Part shown: one piece after another, positions 1 through 9,852 of the stretch | Position numbering within the stretch: the stretch's first letter is position 1 | Layout of the letters: each line of letters starts with the position of its first letter | Assembly: GCA_041640595.1 (NCBI GenBank) | Contig: JBEPZY010000002.1 | Span: forward strand, 436,651-500,650 | DNA: 64,000 nt | Origin: Gemmatales bacterium | GTDB taxonomy: Bacteria > Planctomycetota > Planctomycetia > Gemmatales > HRBIN36 | Direction: 5' to 3' | Position numbers and translations under genes: made by a program | Notes under the pieces: model-generated | Seen by the model: the letters and a program-made list of their open reading frames with translations, nothing else | Databases searched by the model: none | Told to the model about the DNA's origin: nothing

Positions 1-661
1 CATGCGGGTTCCTCGTGAGTGTGGTTGCCAGAAAGAACCGTCCACTTCCGGGTCAGCGCCGACCGTGATAGAGCCAAGCATTGGCCTGATCACGCATCGT
101 ACTCACTATTACGCAACCGTTCAGCTGAACGCAAGTGGGCCAACCATCGGCCCGATCACGCACAGTGCCCTGCTTGCTCAGGCCGCAACAAAAGAGCATT
201 GGTCGGTCGGCCGCTGGTCTGTTCGCAGTCAGTTTCTCCAGCACACACGCTGGCCATTTTAGCGGCTGGCTACAGTGCGGCAGCAACCTGGGTCGGTGAC
301 GACCGCTGGTTGGGCTTGTGTTCTCATCGTTCGCCTCGGTGTATGGTACCAACCTGGGGCAGTGATGACCCGTCGGCCAGGTGAGGATAGGCACAAGTTC
401 AACCGCCGCGCACCGTGGTTTCGCAGCCTCAGGTATCAGCGGCCAGGCAAAAGTAGGCACAGGTTGGATGCAGCGGTTCATCTGCGCAGTGCGGAAATCC
501 AGATGCGGGCCTGCAAAGGGACAGTCAATCAAAGCCGGTCGGGATATGATGGTGCCAGAGAAAATAACAGAAAGGTGCTGCAACAGAGCGGATCGGCGAA
601 CTGATTGCAGTGGGCCTGCGGGCATTTGTCATTCGCCTGCCCAACCCATACATCGTCCAGC

Positions 662-3439
662 ATGAACCGACAGGCTTTTTGTCTGACACCGTATCGCTTG
701 CCCGGCCAGCATACCATGATGCTGACCGGCGAAGACGTCGTGGCGCTATGGAATGGCTATTTGATCCTGTGGCACCCGGCGGTAGTGCGTCTCTGCAGTG
801 AGCCGCCTCGGTTAGCTTCGCCGTATGACCATGAGCAACCGTCCGGGCCTCACATTTACGCCCTGCCCGAAACACCGCCGCTATTTCTGCCGGATGACTG
901 GGAGGAGCGAGTCGCTCAGGCCGGCGGGGTAGCGGTGCGGGTGGGTTTGGAACGTCACAGCGCCCAAAAGGAATTGCTGCAAAAGTTGGGCCTGTCCGAA
1001 TCCACGCCGGCAACGCTGGCTGGATTTTATGGGCTGGGGCTGGGTTTCGCGCTAATGGATGCCTTTTTTGAGGGAATGCAGCATCCTTCCAGCCTGGCGG
1101 TGAACGATTTTTGGGCAGATGTTCAGGCAGCGGCGACGGCTGCGGATGAGGCGACGCAGCACCGTTTGCTTCAGGCGGCAGCACAACGTTTACGCGAGGC
1201 CCGCGAGACACTCTACAGCGGCACGATCTATCTGTTAGCGGTGCTGCTCACGGAGGACGTGTCGGCTGGTTCGGTGACGGAATCCTTCCTGCGCCACGAT
1301 CTACCCTGCAACATCATCGCCAGTGCTGAGACGTGGCAGCGCTGGGCGAAAGAGTGTCCGGATATCTGGCCGCTATTGTGCGAGCGCGTGCTGCAGGAAC
1401 GGCTGGAGGCTTGTGCTGCCCCTCTGCTGGAACGACCCGATGCCCTTTTGCCTGTCGCGTCGCAGCTGTGGAATTTGCGGAGCGGTCTGGGTGCCCTGAA
1501 GGATTTGCTCCGTACCGAGTTGCGTGTATTTGGCCGAAAACATTTCGGCTATGTGCCGACGTTTCCGTCGCTTCTGCATGCCCTGGGTTTGAGCCGGGCG
1601 TTCTTCCTGCCCCTGGAAGAAGGTGTGGTGCCGGAATTTCGTGCCACTACCATCGAATGGACTTCACCCGACGGTCATCGCATCGAAGCCATCACGCGTA
1701 AGCCTCTGCCTGGAGAAGATCCGCTCACGTATTTCCATCTGGCCTACCATCTGGTGAAAACTATCCGCGAGGATACTACTCCGAATTTGCTGTTTGCTTT
1801 TCGGCAGAAGCAGCCTCCGGTAGTGGCGGAGGACTGGCTGGCGCTGCAAGGACTGGCACCTGTGTTCGGGGAGTTTGTTACGGCGACCCGCCTGATGAAC
1901 GAGGTGCCGATCGGCGAATATCCTTCGCCACCCGGTGCCGACGATTTTCACTCCTGCTATCTGGATGACCTGACGGCCCAGGGGGAAGCCGATCCGGTGA
2001 GTCGGTTTGTCCGGCATCACCGTTTGCGGCGGTGGCTGGATGCGCTGTGGACTCTGGCGGCACTCTGGCGTGCGTTGATGCCGAAGGAAACGAACACGGA
2101 CTGGCTCGGACGTTTTGCTGCTGTCGAACAGGCTCTGGAACGCGGGGAAGAAGTGGAATCGGCGCTGGCCGGTCTGGCCCAGGAAACGATGCACCGTCTG
2201 GCCGAGCGATTACTGGTGCGAGCCACTTCGGAACAACCCGGCCATTTGATTTTCAATCCAGGAACGGCGACGCGGCGAATAGCAACCGTGCTGGACAACA
2301 TCACCACACCATTACCTGCACCCGCTAAAGCCACGCAACCGCTCGGCGGTGGCAAAGCTGAAGTGGTGGTGGAAGTGCCCGCTTTGGGTTTTGCCTGGTT
2401 GCCGAATCAGGTTGCCGCCGGCACACGGGTAGCTTTGCCGAAAACCAGGCTCGTCGAGGGTTACGCACTCCGCAACGAATTTTTCGAGGCGGAAGTGGAT
2501 GAACAATCCGGTGGCCTGCGGTCGTTTCGCGATTACAAATGGCGGCATAACCGCATCGGCCAGATTCTCGCTTTTGTGCCGGGAAGCGAAATGCGAACAG
2601 AACAGATTGAGGTGGTCTCCTCCGGGCCGAGTCGGGGCGAGATCATCAGTCGTGGGCAGTTGCTGGACGGTCAGGGGCAGCGACTCGCTCGGTTTCAACA
2701 ACGCTTTCGCATCTGGCGGGGTCATCCGCTATTACACCTGGAGATCACGCTGGAACCGGAACAAGAATTGCCAGTTGCCGCTCGCGCGAGTGAAAGCCCC
2801 TACGGCGGAGTTTCCCCCTGGCATACCGCTTATGTGTGTCGCTGGGCATGGCGGGATACGGCGGCGAAATTATTTCGCTCGGTCGGCGGAACAGTTTATC
2901 CCACGCAGCACACCCGGCCGGAAACCGCAGAATATATCGAAGTCCGCACTCCTTTTAGCCGCACCACGCTCTTTACCGGCGGCTTGCCTTTTCTGCAACG
3001 CCACAGTCAGCGTATGCTCGATATCATCCTGCTTTGTCCGGGCGAAACCAGCCGCACCTTCGAACTGGCTCTGGGACTGGAGTTGGAACAACCCGGGCAG
3101 CTGGCACTGGACTGGCTCACGCCGGCACTGACCATTCCGGTGAACAAAGGCCCGCCTCATGTGGGAAGCAGCGGTTGGCTGGCCTGGGTGGACGCGGCCA
3201 ATGTTGCCCTGGTTTCCCTGCGAGTCGCCGACGATGGTAGTCCGACCTGGCTGGTGCGGTTGCAGGAAACCCAGGGCGTAGCGACCGAATGCCACCTGCG
3301 TTGTCCGCGATCGCCCGTCCATGCCTGTGTGGTGGACGAATGGAATCAGCCCCAGCACGACCTTGCTATTGACGGTGACGCCGTGCGGCTTTTCCTCGGT
3401 GCGGGGGAATTGACGCACATTCGCGTCGAGTTTGCCTGA
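662..3439 (+). CDS. Glycoside hydrolase family 38 (alpha-mannosidase)-like protein, planctomycete type, probably degenerate active site
   Basis: 925-aa ORF from ATG 662. GH38-like segments: 'QLWNLRSG...ELRVFGRKHFGY...FPSLL', 'IEWTSPDGHRI', 'LRNEFFEAEVDEQSGGLRS', C-terminal 'WLVRLQETQG...VVDEWN...LGAGELTHIRVEF'. Confidence 0.65.
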   Translation: MNRQAFCLTPYRLPGQHTMMLTGEDVVALWNGYLILWHPAVVRLCSEPPRLASPYDHEQPSGPHIYALPETPPLFLPDDWEERVAQAGGVAVRVGLERHSAQKELLQKLGLSESTPATLAGFYGLGLGFALMDAFFEGMQHPSSLAVNDFWADVQAAATAADEATQHRLLQAAAQRLREARETLYSGTIYLLAVLLTEDVSAGSVTESFLRHDLPCNIIASAETWQRWAKECPDIWPLLCERVLQERLEACAAPLLERPDALLPVASQLWNLRSGLGALKDLLRTELRVFGRKHFGYVPTFPSLLHALGLSRAFFLPLEEGVVPEFRATTIEWTSPDGHRIEAITRKPLPGEDPLTYFHLAYHLVKTIREDTTPNLLFAFRQKQPPVVAEDWLALQGLAPVFGEFVTATRLMNEVPIGEYPSPPGADDFHSCYLDDLTAQGEADPVSRFVRHHRLRRWLDALWTLAALWRALMPKETNTDWLGRFAAVEQALERGEEVESALAGLAQETMHRLAERLLVRATSEQPGHLIFNPGTATRRIATVLDNITTPLPAPAKATQPLGGGKAEVVVEVPALGFAWLPNQVAAGTRVALPKTRLVEGYALRNEFFEAEVDEQSGGLRSFRDYKWRHNRIGQILAFVPGSEMRTEQIEVVSSGPSRGEIISRGQLLDGQGQRLARFQQRFRIWRGHPLLHLEITLEPEQELPVAARASESPYGGVSPWHTAYVCRWAWRDTAAKLFRSVGGTVYPTQHTRPETAEYIEVRTPFSRTTLFTGGLPFLQRHSQRMLDIILLCPGETSRTFELALGLELEQPGQLALDWLTPALTIPVNKGPPHVGSSGWLAWVDAANVALVSLRVADDGSPTWLVRLQETQGVATECHLRCPRSPVHACVVDEWNQPQHDLAIDGDAVRLFLGAGELTHIRVEFA

Positions 3440-3616
3440 ACGACTGGACTGGCGAAAAGGCTGCTCGCTGGTTAGATTGCCCGTAATGCCTGACCACTGG
3501 CCTGGCTCGACCGATTGGGCAGCATAGCAGGTGATGCAAAGCCTCCAGGGTCAGTACGAGCGAGGAGCGTCGGCTTCTCCTGGTCAGCAGAAGCAACTAT
3601 TTCGCGGAGGAAAAAC

Positions 3617-4225
3617 ATGCTCGGCTGGCATCTCGGTGCGCGGGAGTATCTCCGGCGTGTGGGCGAGGAGTTATTGCGCTTAGACACGCGGCAAATCGAA
3701 AAGCTCGCCGACCTGCTCTACCAGTGCTACGAGCAGGGGCGATTTGTTTTCATCTGCGGCAACGGTGGCAGTGGTGCCAACGCCTCCCATTTTTGTGAGG
3801 ATTTGGGCAAGGGCACGCTTCGCCGCGAGGATTTCGAAAACGACCAGCGTAAACGGCTCAAAGTCCTCAGCCTCACCGACAACACGCCTTACATCCTGGC
3901 CTGGGCTAACGATGAAGGATTCGATCGCATTTTCGTCGAACAACTCAAGAATCTGGCCAGTCCCGGCGACCTGCTCATTGCCATCAGCGGTTCGGGCAAC
4001 AGTCCCAACGTGCTGCGTGCGGTGGAATGGGCCAACCGGCACGGGTTAACCACGTTCGGCTGTACCGGGTTCAACGGCGGCAAACTCCGACAGCTGGCCC
4101 ATTATCATTTCCACGTCCCCATGGACGACATGGGCATCGTCGAATCCATCCACCTGACGGTCTTCCACTGGGTGCTCGATAACCTTTACGCCCGCATTAA
4201 CGGCCTGGTTTCTCAGGCGGCGTGA
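3617..4225 (+). CDS. gmhA: SIS-domain phosphoheptose isomerase (GmhA-like)
   Basis: GGAGG RBS at 3606-3610 before ATG 3617. Motifs [39 protein letters not shown]. Confidence 0.85.
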   Translation: MLGWHLGAREYLRRVGEELLRLDTRQIEKLADLLYQCYEQGRFVFICGNGGSGANASHFCEDLGKGTLRREDFENDQRKRLKVLSLTDNTPYILAWANDEGFDRIFVEQLKNLASPGDLLIAISGSGNSPNVLRAVEWANRHGLTTFGCTGFNGGKLRQLAHYHFHVPMDDMGIVESIHLTVFHWVLDNLYARINGLVSQAA

Positions 4226-4962
4226 TAGGTCAGATAGACATACGACCAGATGCCAGCCGTGGCGCAAGCGCTCAGGGTCAGGCCGAACAAAAGTATCCAG
4301 CCGCGACGATACCCACCGGTCCAGCGATCCAGCCCGGCCATGGCTAGCAATGCGAAAATCCAGAGCACAGCCGTGGCGGCCACACCGAAAAGCAAACCGT
4401 TCATCCAGGCAGCACGCAGTTGCCGGAGCCGATCCGTCCAGCTTTCCAACACTTCCGGCGGAATGGTCAAAGTCACCCTCCGCATCACCCGTGTTTCTCC
4501 GGTGAGCGGATCGGCAGTTTCCTGACGCAGATGGCGTTCGTTTACGCCCGGCTGGCGGCGAAGCCAGGAGATTTCTCGTTCGATGACCGTTTCGCGGAAC
4601 GTATAGCCGGTCAGTTCCTCGGCCAGCAGGCTTATTTTCCGACGCAGGTCCCGATGCAATTCACGTTCGGTGACGTCATCGTCCCGGAAATCCCGTACCT
4701 CGGCGATAAGGATACGCGAACCGGGAGGAGCTTCGGTTTCTGCTCCCGCTGCCGGCTTTGAAGCGTCTGGCGCAGTTGCTCCCGACGTATCCAGGGGCAA
4801 GCCAGGTAGCTCAGTTTTCGGGGTTGTCAACGCGATAACCCGATCGGAAAGCTGCCTTTGTTCCAGCATGCCGGCAGAGATTGGCGCTGCAACCAATCCC
4901 ACCGTGAGCCAGGCCATCATCGTGCAGCCAACCGATACGGTAATGCCGCCTCGAGCGTACAT
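4213..4962 (-). CDS. Membrane protein with N-terminal signal/TM segment and two C-terminal TM helices
   Basis: AGGAG RBS. Hydrophobic N-terminus and C-terminal '[41 protein letters not shown]'. Confidence 0.7.
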   Translation of the reverse strand: MYARGGITVSVGCTMMAWLTVGLVAAPISAGMLEQRQLSDRVIALTTPKTELPGLPLDTSGATAPDASKPAAGAETEAPPGSRILIAEVRDFRDDDVTERELHRDLRRKISLLAEELTGYTFRETVIEREISWLRRQPGVNERHLRQETADPLTGETRVMRRVTLTIPPEVLESWTDRLRQLRAAWMNGLLFGVAATAVLWIFALLAMAGLDRWTGGYRRGWILLFGLTLSACATAGIWSYVYLTYHAA

Positions 4963-5029
4963 ACCTGCTCCTTTCCGCCACTGCGAAGCCCGCAGCCAGT
5001 GTAGGAAGAACCAGGGCGACTACAAAGGG

Positions 5030-5056
5030 ACGAGACACCCACGGAGGGTGTCTCGT
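5030..5056 (-). terminator. Perfect 11-bp hairpin between the two minus-strand genes (terminator or mRNA-stabilising stem)
   Basis: ACGAGACACCC-ACGGA-GGGTGTCTCGT, with only a weak U tract (CCCTTTGT) on the minus strand. Confidence 0.5.
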
Positions 5057-5086
5057 TGGGGGCGCCGGCAGGGGGTGAACCGACCT

Positions 5087-5851
5087 TTACTTTTTCAACG
5101 CTTCATCTACACGTTCCAGCAATGGACGATCATCCAGCTCGACCGGAATCTGGCCAGGCGCGTTGGCATTCTCACGCATTTTCTGGCGACTTCGCAGTTC
5201 CTTTTCGATTTCGTTTGCCAGACGGGTGGCTTCCTGCAGCTTGCTGGCATCCATGGTAACCGCGACGTCCGGCTGCATGTCCTGGAGTCGTTTCAACTCC
5301 TTCAGTTCGTCCCGCTTCTGGGCCAGCCGCTCGATGTGGATGCGAACCTGGCCGATAGCCGTTCGGTTTTCTTCCAGCGCTTGCATACGTTTTTCCAGAG
5401 TTTCGCGTTTGGTGGCCAGAATTTTTTCGGTAGATTCCAGGCGGTTGAGTCGCCGGGCCAGGTCGTTTTCAACCTGCTTACGGGTGTAAGTTTTGCCGCC
5501 GAATTCAAACGTCTGGCGTCCCTCATCCCGCAGCGCATCACGCAGTTTCGCCATTTCCGCTTTTTGCCGGCTGATGTCGGCTTCCACTTGCTGGATGTCT
5601 TTCTGGAGGTATTCGACTTCCACTTCGAGTCGAGCGAGAGCTTGCTCATTGCGCCGCAACTCGTTCTCCGCGTCGCCGATAAAAGTGCTCAGGCGGTCGA
5701 TCTCGAAATCGAGCGGCACCTGTTCACGGATGGTTTGTCCAGTTGCCCTCCAGAACGTGCGAACATAGCTCCAAAAGGTGCTGAAGCCGATACTGGAGAT
5801 GGCCAATCCCAGCACACCGACAGTCGTCCACAGTTTCCAGGACTTCAACAT
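5087..5851 (-). CDS. Signal-anchored long coiled-coil protein (PspA/IM30-like architecture)
   Basis: AAGGAGG RBS, N-terminal hydrophobic helix, about 200 aa of heptad-rich E/K/R/L/Q sequence. Confidence 0.75.
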   Translation of the reverse strand: MLKSWKLWTTVGVLGLAISSIGFSTFWSYVRTFWRATGQTIREQVPLDFEIDRLSTFIGDAENELRRNEQALARLEVEVEYLQKDIQQVEADISRQKAEMAKLRDALRDEGRQTFEFGGKTYTRKQVENDLARRLNRLESTEKILATKRETLEKRMQALEENRTAIGQVRIHIERLAQKRDELKELKRLQDMQPDVAVTMDASKLQEATRLANEIEKELRSRQKMRENANAPGQIPVELDDRPLLERVDEALKK

Positions 5852-5938
5852 GGTTTAGTCCTCCTTTTAGTGGTTGGCGTTAGACTCCAAATGCTACCTT
5901 TCAGTTGTCCGGCTGCTCTTCGCCGGCCTCTACCAGGT

Positions 5939-5967
5939 AATACGAACCAGCCGGCCAAAATCTGACA
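5939..5967 (-). promoter_or_regulatory. Putative ECF-type promoter for the 5851 gene
   Basis: Minus strand TGTCAG-N17-CGTATT. A CGT(A)-containing -10 is typical of ECF sigma promoters, and the site lies right after an ECF gene. Confidence 0.4.
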
Positions 5968-6005
5968 GCATGCGCGGGAAAAATTTCTGCAAGCCGGCTT
6001 CCAGG

Positions 6006-6911
6006 TTACTTTTCCAGGTCGGCATTGCACAACCGACAGGCTGCTTCCCGAACGTGATAGTGCACGTCGTGGTAATCCGGATGCGAAGGGTTGGCCCGAT
6101 ATTGCAACAGTCGGGTTTCGCTGGGACAGAGCGCTCCCATCTCATTTATCACGAAACGCAGTACCTCGGCGAAATTCGAGAATCGAGTCGTCTCCGGGAG
6201 CGACAAACTGTTTCGGGGCTGGCGATGCAGTGTCAAAAAAACACTGCGGTGAACGTCGCGCTTTTCGATACGCTCACGGATCCAGTCGCGGGCTCGCTTG
6301 ATGAGCTGGTCCACATGATTGCGCCCTAAACCCAGAGCGCGTGCGACCTCGTCGGGTTTCTGGTCTCGTAATCTTCGCTCGTAAACCTCTTTTTTCAATG
6401 CCTGGCCGTTACTTTCGCACCAGCTTACGAATTCCCGGAAAATGTCGCTGAGGAGTCGAACCTGCCGCTGACGTCGTTCCGCCTCGCCGAGGATGATGGA
6501 AGGATCAGCGATCGCCGCCTGCGGTTCCACTCGGGTAGCCGAGGAATCGTCGGGCGTCTGACTGGTCATGGATTCAAAGTAACTGAATTCGCGTGCACGC
6601 AATAAATCAATTCCCCGCCAGCGTAACAGACGCCGCATATATCGCATCCATGTTTCCTCCCAGCTAAGTCCCTGACGGCGATAATCATCCAGGCGATTGA
6701 GCAACGCTTGCAGTTTCTCGGAGCTCTGTTCCGCCTGCTCACTACCGGGCCGGAATACGCTTAGGACTTCGCATAACACTTCCTGGACTACATCCTGGAC
6801 TCGCTCTTTCAGATTGGGAAAGACGTTGCGAAGATACGCTTGCAATCGGATCAGGTTACGCTCACTTGCGAACAAACTGTTGAAGTGGTTGCGGGCCTCG
6901 GTTACGCTCAC
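6006..6911 (-). CDS. ECF-type sigma-70 family factor with C-terminal zf-HC2/ZAS-like extension
   Basis: AAGGAG then GTG at 6911. Region 2 'VQDVVQEV...YMRRLLRWRGIDLLRAR'; region 4 'PDEVARALGLGRNHVDQLIKRARDWIR'; C-terminus 'CPSETRLLQY...HVREAACRLC'. Confidence 0.75.
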   Translation of the reverse strand: MSVTEARNHFNSLFASERNLIRLQAYLRNVFPNLKERVQDVVQEVLCEVLSVFRPGSEQAEQSSEKLQALLNRLDDYRRQGLSWEETWMRYMRRLLRWRGIDLLRAREFSYFESMTSQTPDDSSATRVEPQAAIADPSIILGEAERRQRQVRLLSDIFREFVSWCESNGQALKKEVYERRLRDQKPDEVARALGLGRNHVDQLIKRARDWIRERIEKRDVHRSVFLTLHRQPRNSLSLPETTRFSNFAEVLRFVINEMGALCPSETRLLQYRANPSHPDYHDVHYHVREAACRLCNADLEK

Positions 6912-7109
6912 GGCCAGCTCCTTCCGTTCGGTGCTGCGGCAGGTCAAAAAACCCGGCAACAATCGGTCACTCGGCAAAGCGCGTCGCCTTCGGCTTTGCC
7001 CGGCTTCCGGTTTTCAATGTCTATCTGTAGGCGAAACTTCCCCGTGAAGCAAGCGTTGCACAGCCTGCGCATAAAAGTTTTCACACTCAGCGGGGCACTC
7101 AGGCACCCG

Positions 7110-7153
7110 GCTGCCGTAGTAACTAAGCCTGGCTGCCGTGGTAATTAGGCCTG
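7110..7153. repeat. Two tandem 22-bp direct repeats upstream of the ECF gene
   Basis: GCTGCCGTAGTAACTAAGCCTG / GCTGCCGTGGTAATTAGGCCTG (19/22 identical). Confidence 0.55.
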
Positions 7154-7224
7154 GCGTCGCTCGGGCAATAGTATCCGGCAGCTATGCACCGAACCGTGAG
7201 GCGGCCTTTTCGAGTGAAGGGCAG

Positions 7225-9852
7225 TTAGTCAGTATTGTTCTTTTGTTGCCGGGCGGTAACTTGCCGCTTGAGGAAATCCACGGCCATTTGCAACTGCCGA
7301 TCGGTGAAAGGTTCCTGCGGTTCCGTCTTGACCGGTTCGCGTGGCGGTATGACTTCCGCTTGCCGCAGGTGCTCAATCAACTGGGCCCGTTCACCAGGTT
7401 CGAGTTTCAAGGTGTAGTCAGGATGAGGTCGCACTCCCCAATCGTCCTCCTCTTTGGACTTGCGGTCGCGGGCCAGATTTTTCCCACTCGGTCGCCAGAA
7501 AGTGGCGGTGGTGAGCTTGACTTCGCTTGGCCCTTCGGTGCGATCGAACTGCAATTCGATAATGTTCTGCACGCTGCCCTTTCCGAAGCTGCGCTCGCCC
7601 ATAATGATGCCGCGATCATGATCCTGAATGCAGGCGGAAACAATTTCGCTGGCGCTGGCACTGCCGCCATTGATCAACACCACCAGCGGAAAATCGAGGT
7701 AACTCTCCTCATGTTTCCCGGTGAACTCCACTGGTTGACCCCGGCGAGGTCGTACAGTGACGATTAGCCCATCATCCACGAACATGTCGGCGATCTTGAC
7801 GGCAGCGTCCAGGTATCCTCCGGGATTGAATCGCAGATCGAGGATCAAACCGTTCAGTCCGCTGGCTTGCAGTTCTTCTATGGCTCGCTTCAGATCGCGG
7901 TACGTGTAACGAGCGAACTGGCTGAGCCGGATGTAGGCAATTTTGTTCTGCGGGTCAATGTAATACTCCCAGCTGTCATCCGGTTTCCGTCGCACGCCGA
8001 ACACCGTTTCGACTTCGATGCGGCTGCGGGTAAGCCGGAATTGCAATTGTTTCTTCGTCCCGTCGGCCAATTCGCGTTCGATGTGCAACTGTACTTCCGT
8101 TCCTTCTTTGCCGAGGATTTTGTTGACCACGTCGCGAATGGACATGCCACGAGTTTCGATATACTCGGGTTTGGGCAACGGCTTGCCTTCCTTGTCCACG
8201 AAATTGGTTACGCCAACGATGAGATCGTCCTTCTGAATACCGGCCCGATACGCGGGGCTACCTCGCAATGGCGTAACTACGCGCACCATATCCGTGGCCA
8301 GGTCTTTCTGAATCTGCACTCCCACGCCAATGAACACTTGCTGTGTCTGGCGTTCAATCTCGGCCACCGTTTCCGGATCGATAAAGGCCGAGTAATTGTC
8401 CAGCGAATGGAGCATGGCCTCACAGGCACGGTAACTTGCCTTAGGGCCCTGGAGATCGTCCCGCTGACCAATCTGCAGCCGCACCTCCACCAGTAACTCA
8501 CGCAATTCTTCCCGCGTCAGGTCTGCGACGTTGTTCAGGCGCTTGTCCAGCGCCGGCGGGATTTTTTCGTCCATGAACCGATAAAGTCCGCGCACCGCAG
8601 CCGGGATCAGATCGGCATAGGTGAGCGGTTTCACGTAGTTCTGACGGGCAATGTCGGCGACACGCAGGACGCGATCGGCGAATTGTTCGGCTTCCTTGCG
8701 GCTGACTTGCAACGCCTGCAAGTACCGCTGCCGATGCTGTAACAGCGTCTGGGCGTCTATCTTGCCTTCGGCGAAAGCGGCGTAATGTTTACGCATTTGC
8801 CGCGGCTGCTCGAAACGCGGTACCTGCAAAAGCAGTCGCTGGCCTTCTTCGAGAACGTCGTTGGGCAAACCTGCCGCTTTCCCTCGCTTCACGAACTCCG
8901 CTATGCGTCGCTGGACAGCTCCGAAAATCCTGGGATTAATCGTGAGCGGAAAATGACCGCGGATTTCCGAGTAGAACGCCAGCGGAGCCACTGCTTTGCC
9001 CGTATCTTTTTTAGCACGCGGCGGAAACTCCTTGCGGACATACTGGAATAGTTCGTTGACCGTAATGATGCCATCCGCTTCACCAGCTTCCTGGTCAGCC
9101 TGGCCGTTCAACGCTTCCAGCATGATTTGCAGCAGCAAACCATGCCCGGACTGTTTGTCTTCCGGAGAGGGCCCCATGCCGTCGTTGGCAGATAATAGCC
9201 ACGCCGGCATGTGTCGCTGATCCGGACGACGGTCCTGCTCTTCGTCGCTGACCCGGTCAAATTCCTGGAAACGCTTTTCCAGGCCCAGGGTGGAGACCTT
9301 CTCCTTCCTCTCGTCGTAGCCGCGGAAATTTACGTCCAGAATGGCCACGATGCGATTGCTTTTGCATTGCTCCAGAAGCTGCTCCAATTGCGCTGCGTTG
9401 ATGGCGTTTTTAGCCCGATCTTTGAGGGTCGAATCGGCAGCGAAATAGCAAGTGCGATCGCCCACGGGTGCTCCCTGACCAAACCAGGCCAGCAGGACAA
9501 CCTCCTCTTCTTTCGCATTATCCAGTGCCCAGTGCAGGGCCTTGAGGATTTCTTCGCGTGTCGCTGGCAAGGCACCTGGTTGGTTTTGCGGTCGGCCCAG
9601 AAGCAGGCGGACTTTGTCGGCCGGCACCTGTCCACCGCGATCACTCGTCAACCACTGGTACAAGGCCACCGCATCCGCTTCGGCAAGCGCCCGCGGTAGA
9701 ATGACCGGGTCGGCGTACTGATTGATGCCCACAATTACCGTGTAGGCAGGGGCCGGCGTTTCTGCTCGCACAATGGCTTGCCCACTCAGCCAAACCGCCA
9801 GCAGGACAAACCAGTAGCGTGCCATCTCGACAAGCCAATTTCGCGGTCGCAT
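7225..9852 (-). CDS. Secreted S41 C-terminal processing protease (PDZ + S41) with N-terminal caspase-like (C14) domain
   Basis: Signal peptide. Caspase-fold start 'VIVGINQYADP...ADAVAL...ATREEILKAL'; PDZ 'GVGVQI...GSPAYRAGIQKDD'; S41 'LILDLRFNPGGYL', 'GGSASASEIV', 'SFGKGSVQ'. Confidence 0.88.
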   Translation of the reverse strand: MRPRNWLVEMARYWFVLLAVWLSGQAIVRAETPAPAYTVIVGINQYADPVILPRALAEADAVALYQWLTSDRGGQVPADKVRLLLGRPQNQPGALPATREEILKALHWALDNAKEEEVVLLAWFGQGAPVGDRTCYFAADSTLKDRAKNAINAAQLEQLLEQCKSNRIVAILDVNFRGYDERKEKVSTLGLEKRFQEFDRVSDEEQDRRPDQRHMPAWLLSANDGMGPSPEDKQSGHGLLLQIMLEALNGQADQEAGEADGIITVNELFQYVRKEFPPRAKKDTGKAVAPLAFYSEIRGHFPLTINPRIFGAVQRRIAEFVKRGKAAGLPNDVLEEGQRLLLQVPRFEQPRQMRKHYAAFAEGKIDAQTLLQHRQRYLQALQVSRKEAEQFADRVLRVADIARQNYVKPLTYADLIPAAVRGLYRFMDEKIPPALDKRLNNVADLTREELRELLVEVRLQIGQRDDLQGPKASYRACEAMLHSLDNYSAFIDPETVAEIERQTQQVFIGVGVQIQKDLATDMVRVVTPLRGSPAYRAGIQKDDLIVGVTNFVDKEGKPLPKPEYIETRGMSIRDVVNKILGKEGTEVQLHIERELADGTKKQLQFRLTRSRIEVETVFGVRRKPDDSWEYYIDPQNKIAYIRLSQFARYTYRDLKRAIEELQASGLNGLILDLRFNPGGYLDAAVKIADMFVDDGLIVTVRPRRGQPVEFTGKHEESYLDFPLVVLINGGSASASEIVSACIQDHDRGIIMGERSFGKGSVQNIIELQFDRTEGPSEVKLTTATFWRPSGKNLARDRKSKEEDDWGVRPHPDYTLKLEPGERAQLIEHLRQAEVIPPREPVKTEPQEPFTDRQLQMAVDFLKRQVTARQQKNNTD

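Noticed and set aside
1..625. ORFs in the first 600 bp
   Set aside because: Non-coding-like translations. Only a GAGG plus ATG at positions 3-1 on the minus strand hints at a gene starting at the window edge, which cannot be evaluated.
4670..5965. 431-aa plus-strand ORF
   Set aside because: Antisense to two minus-strand genes that have clear RBSs.
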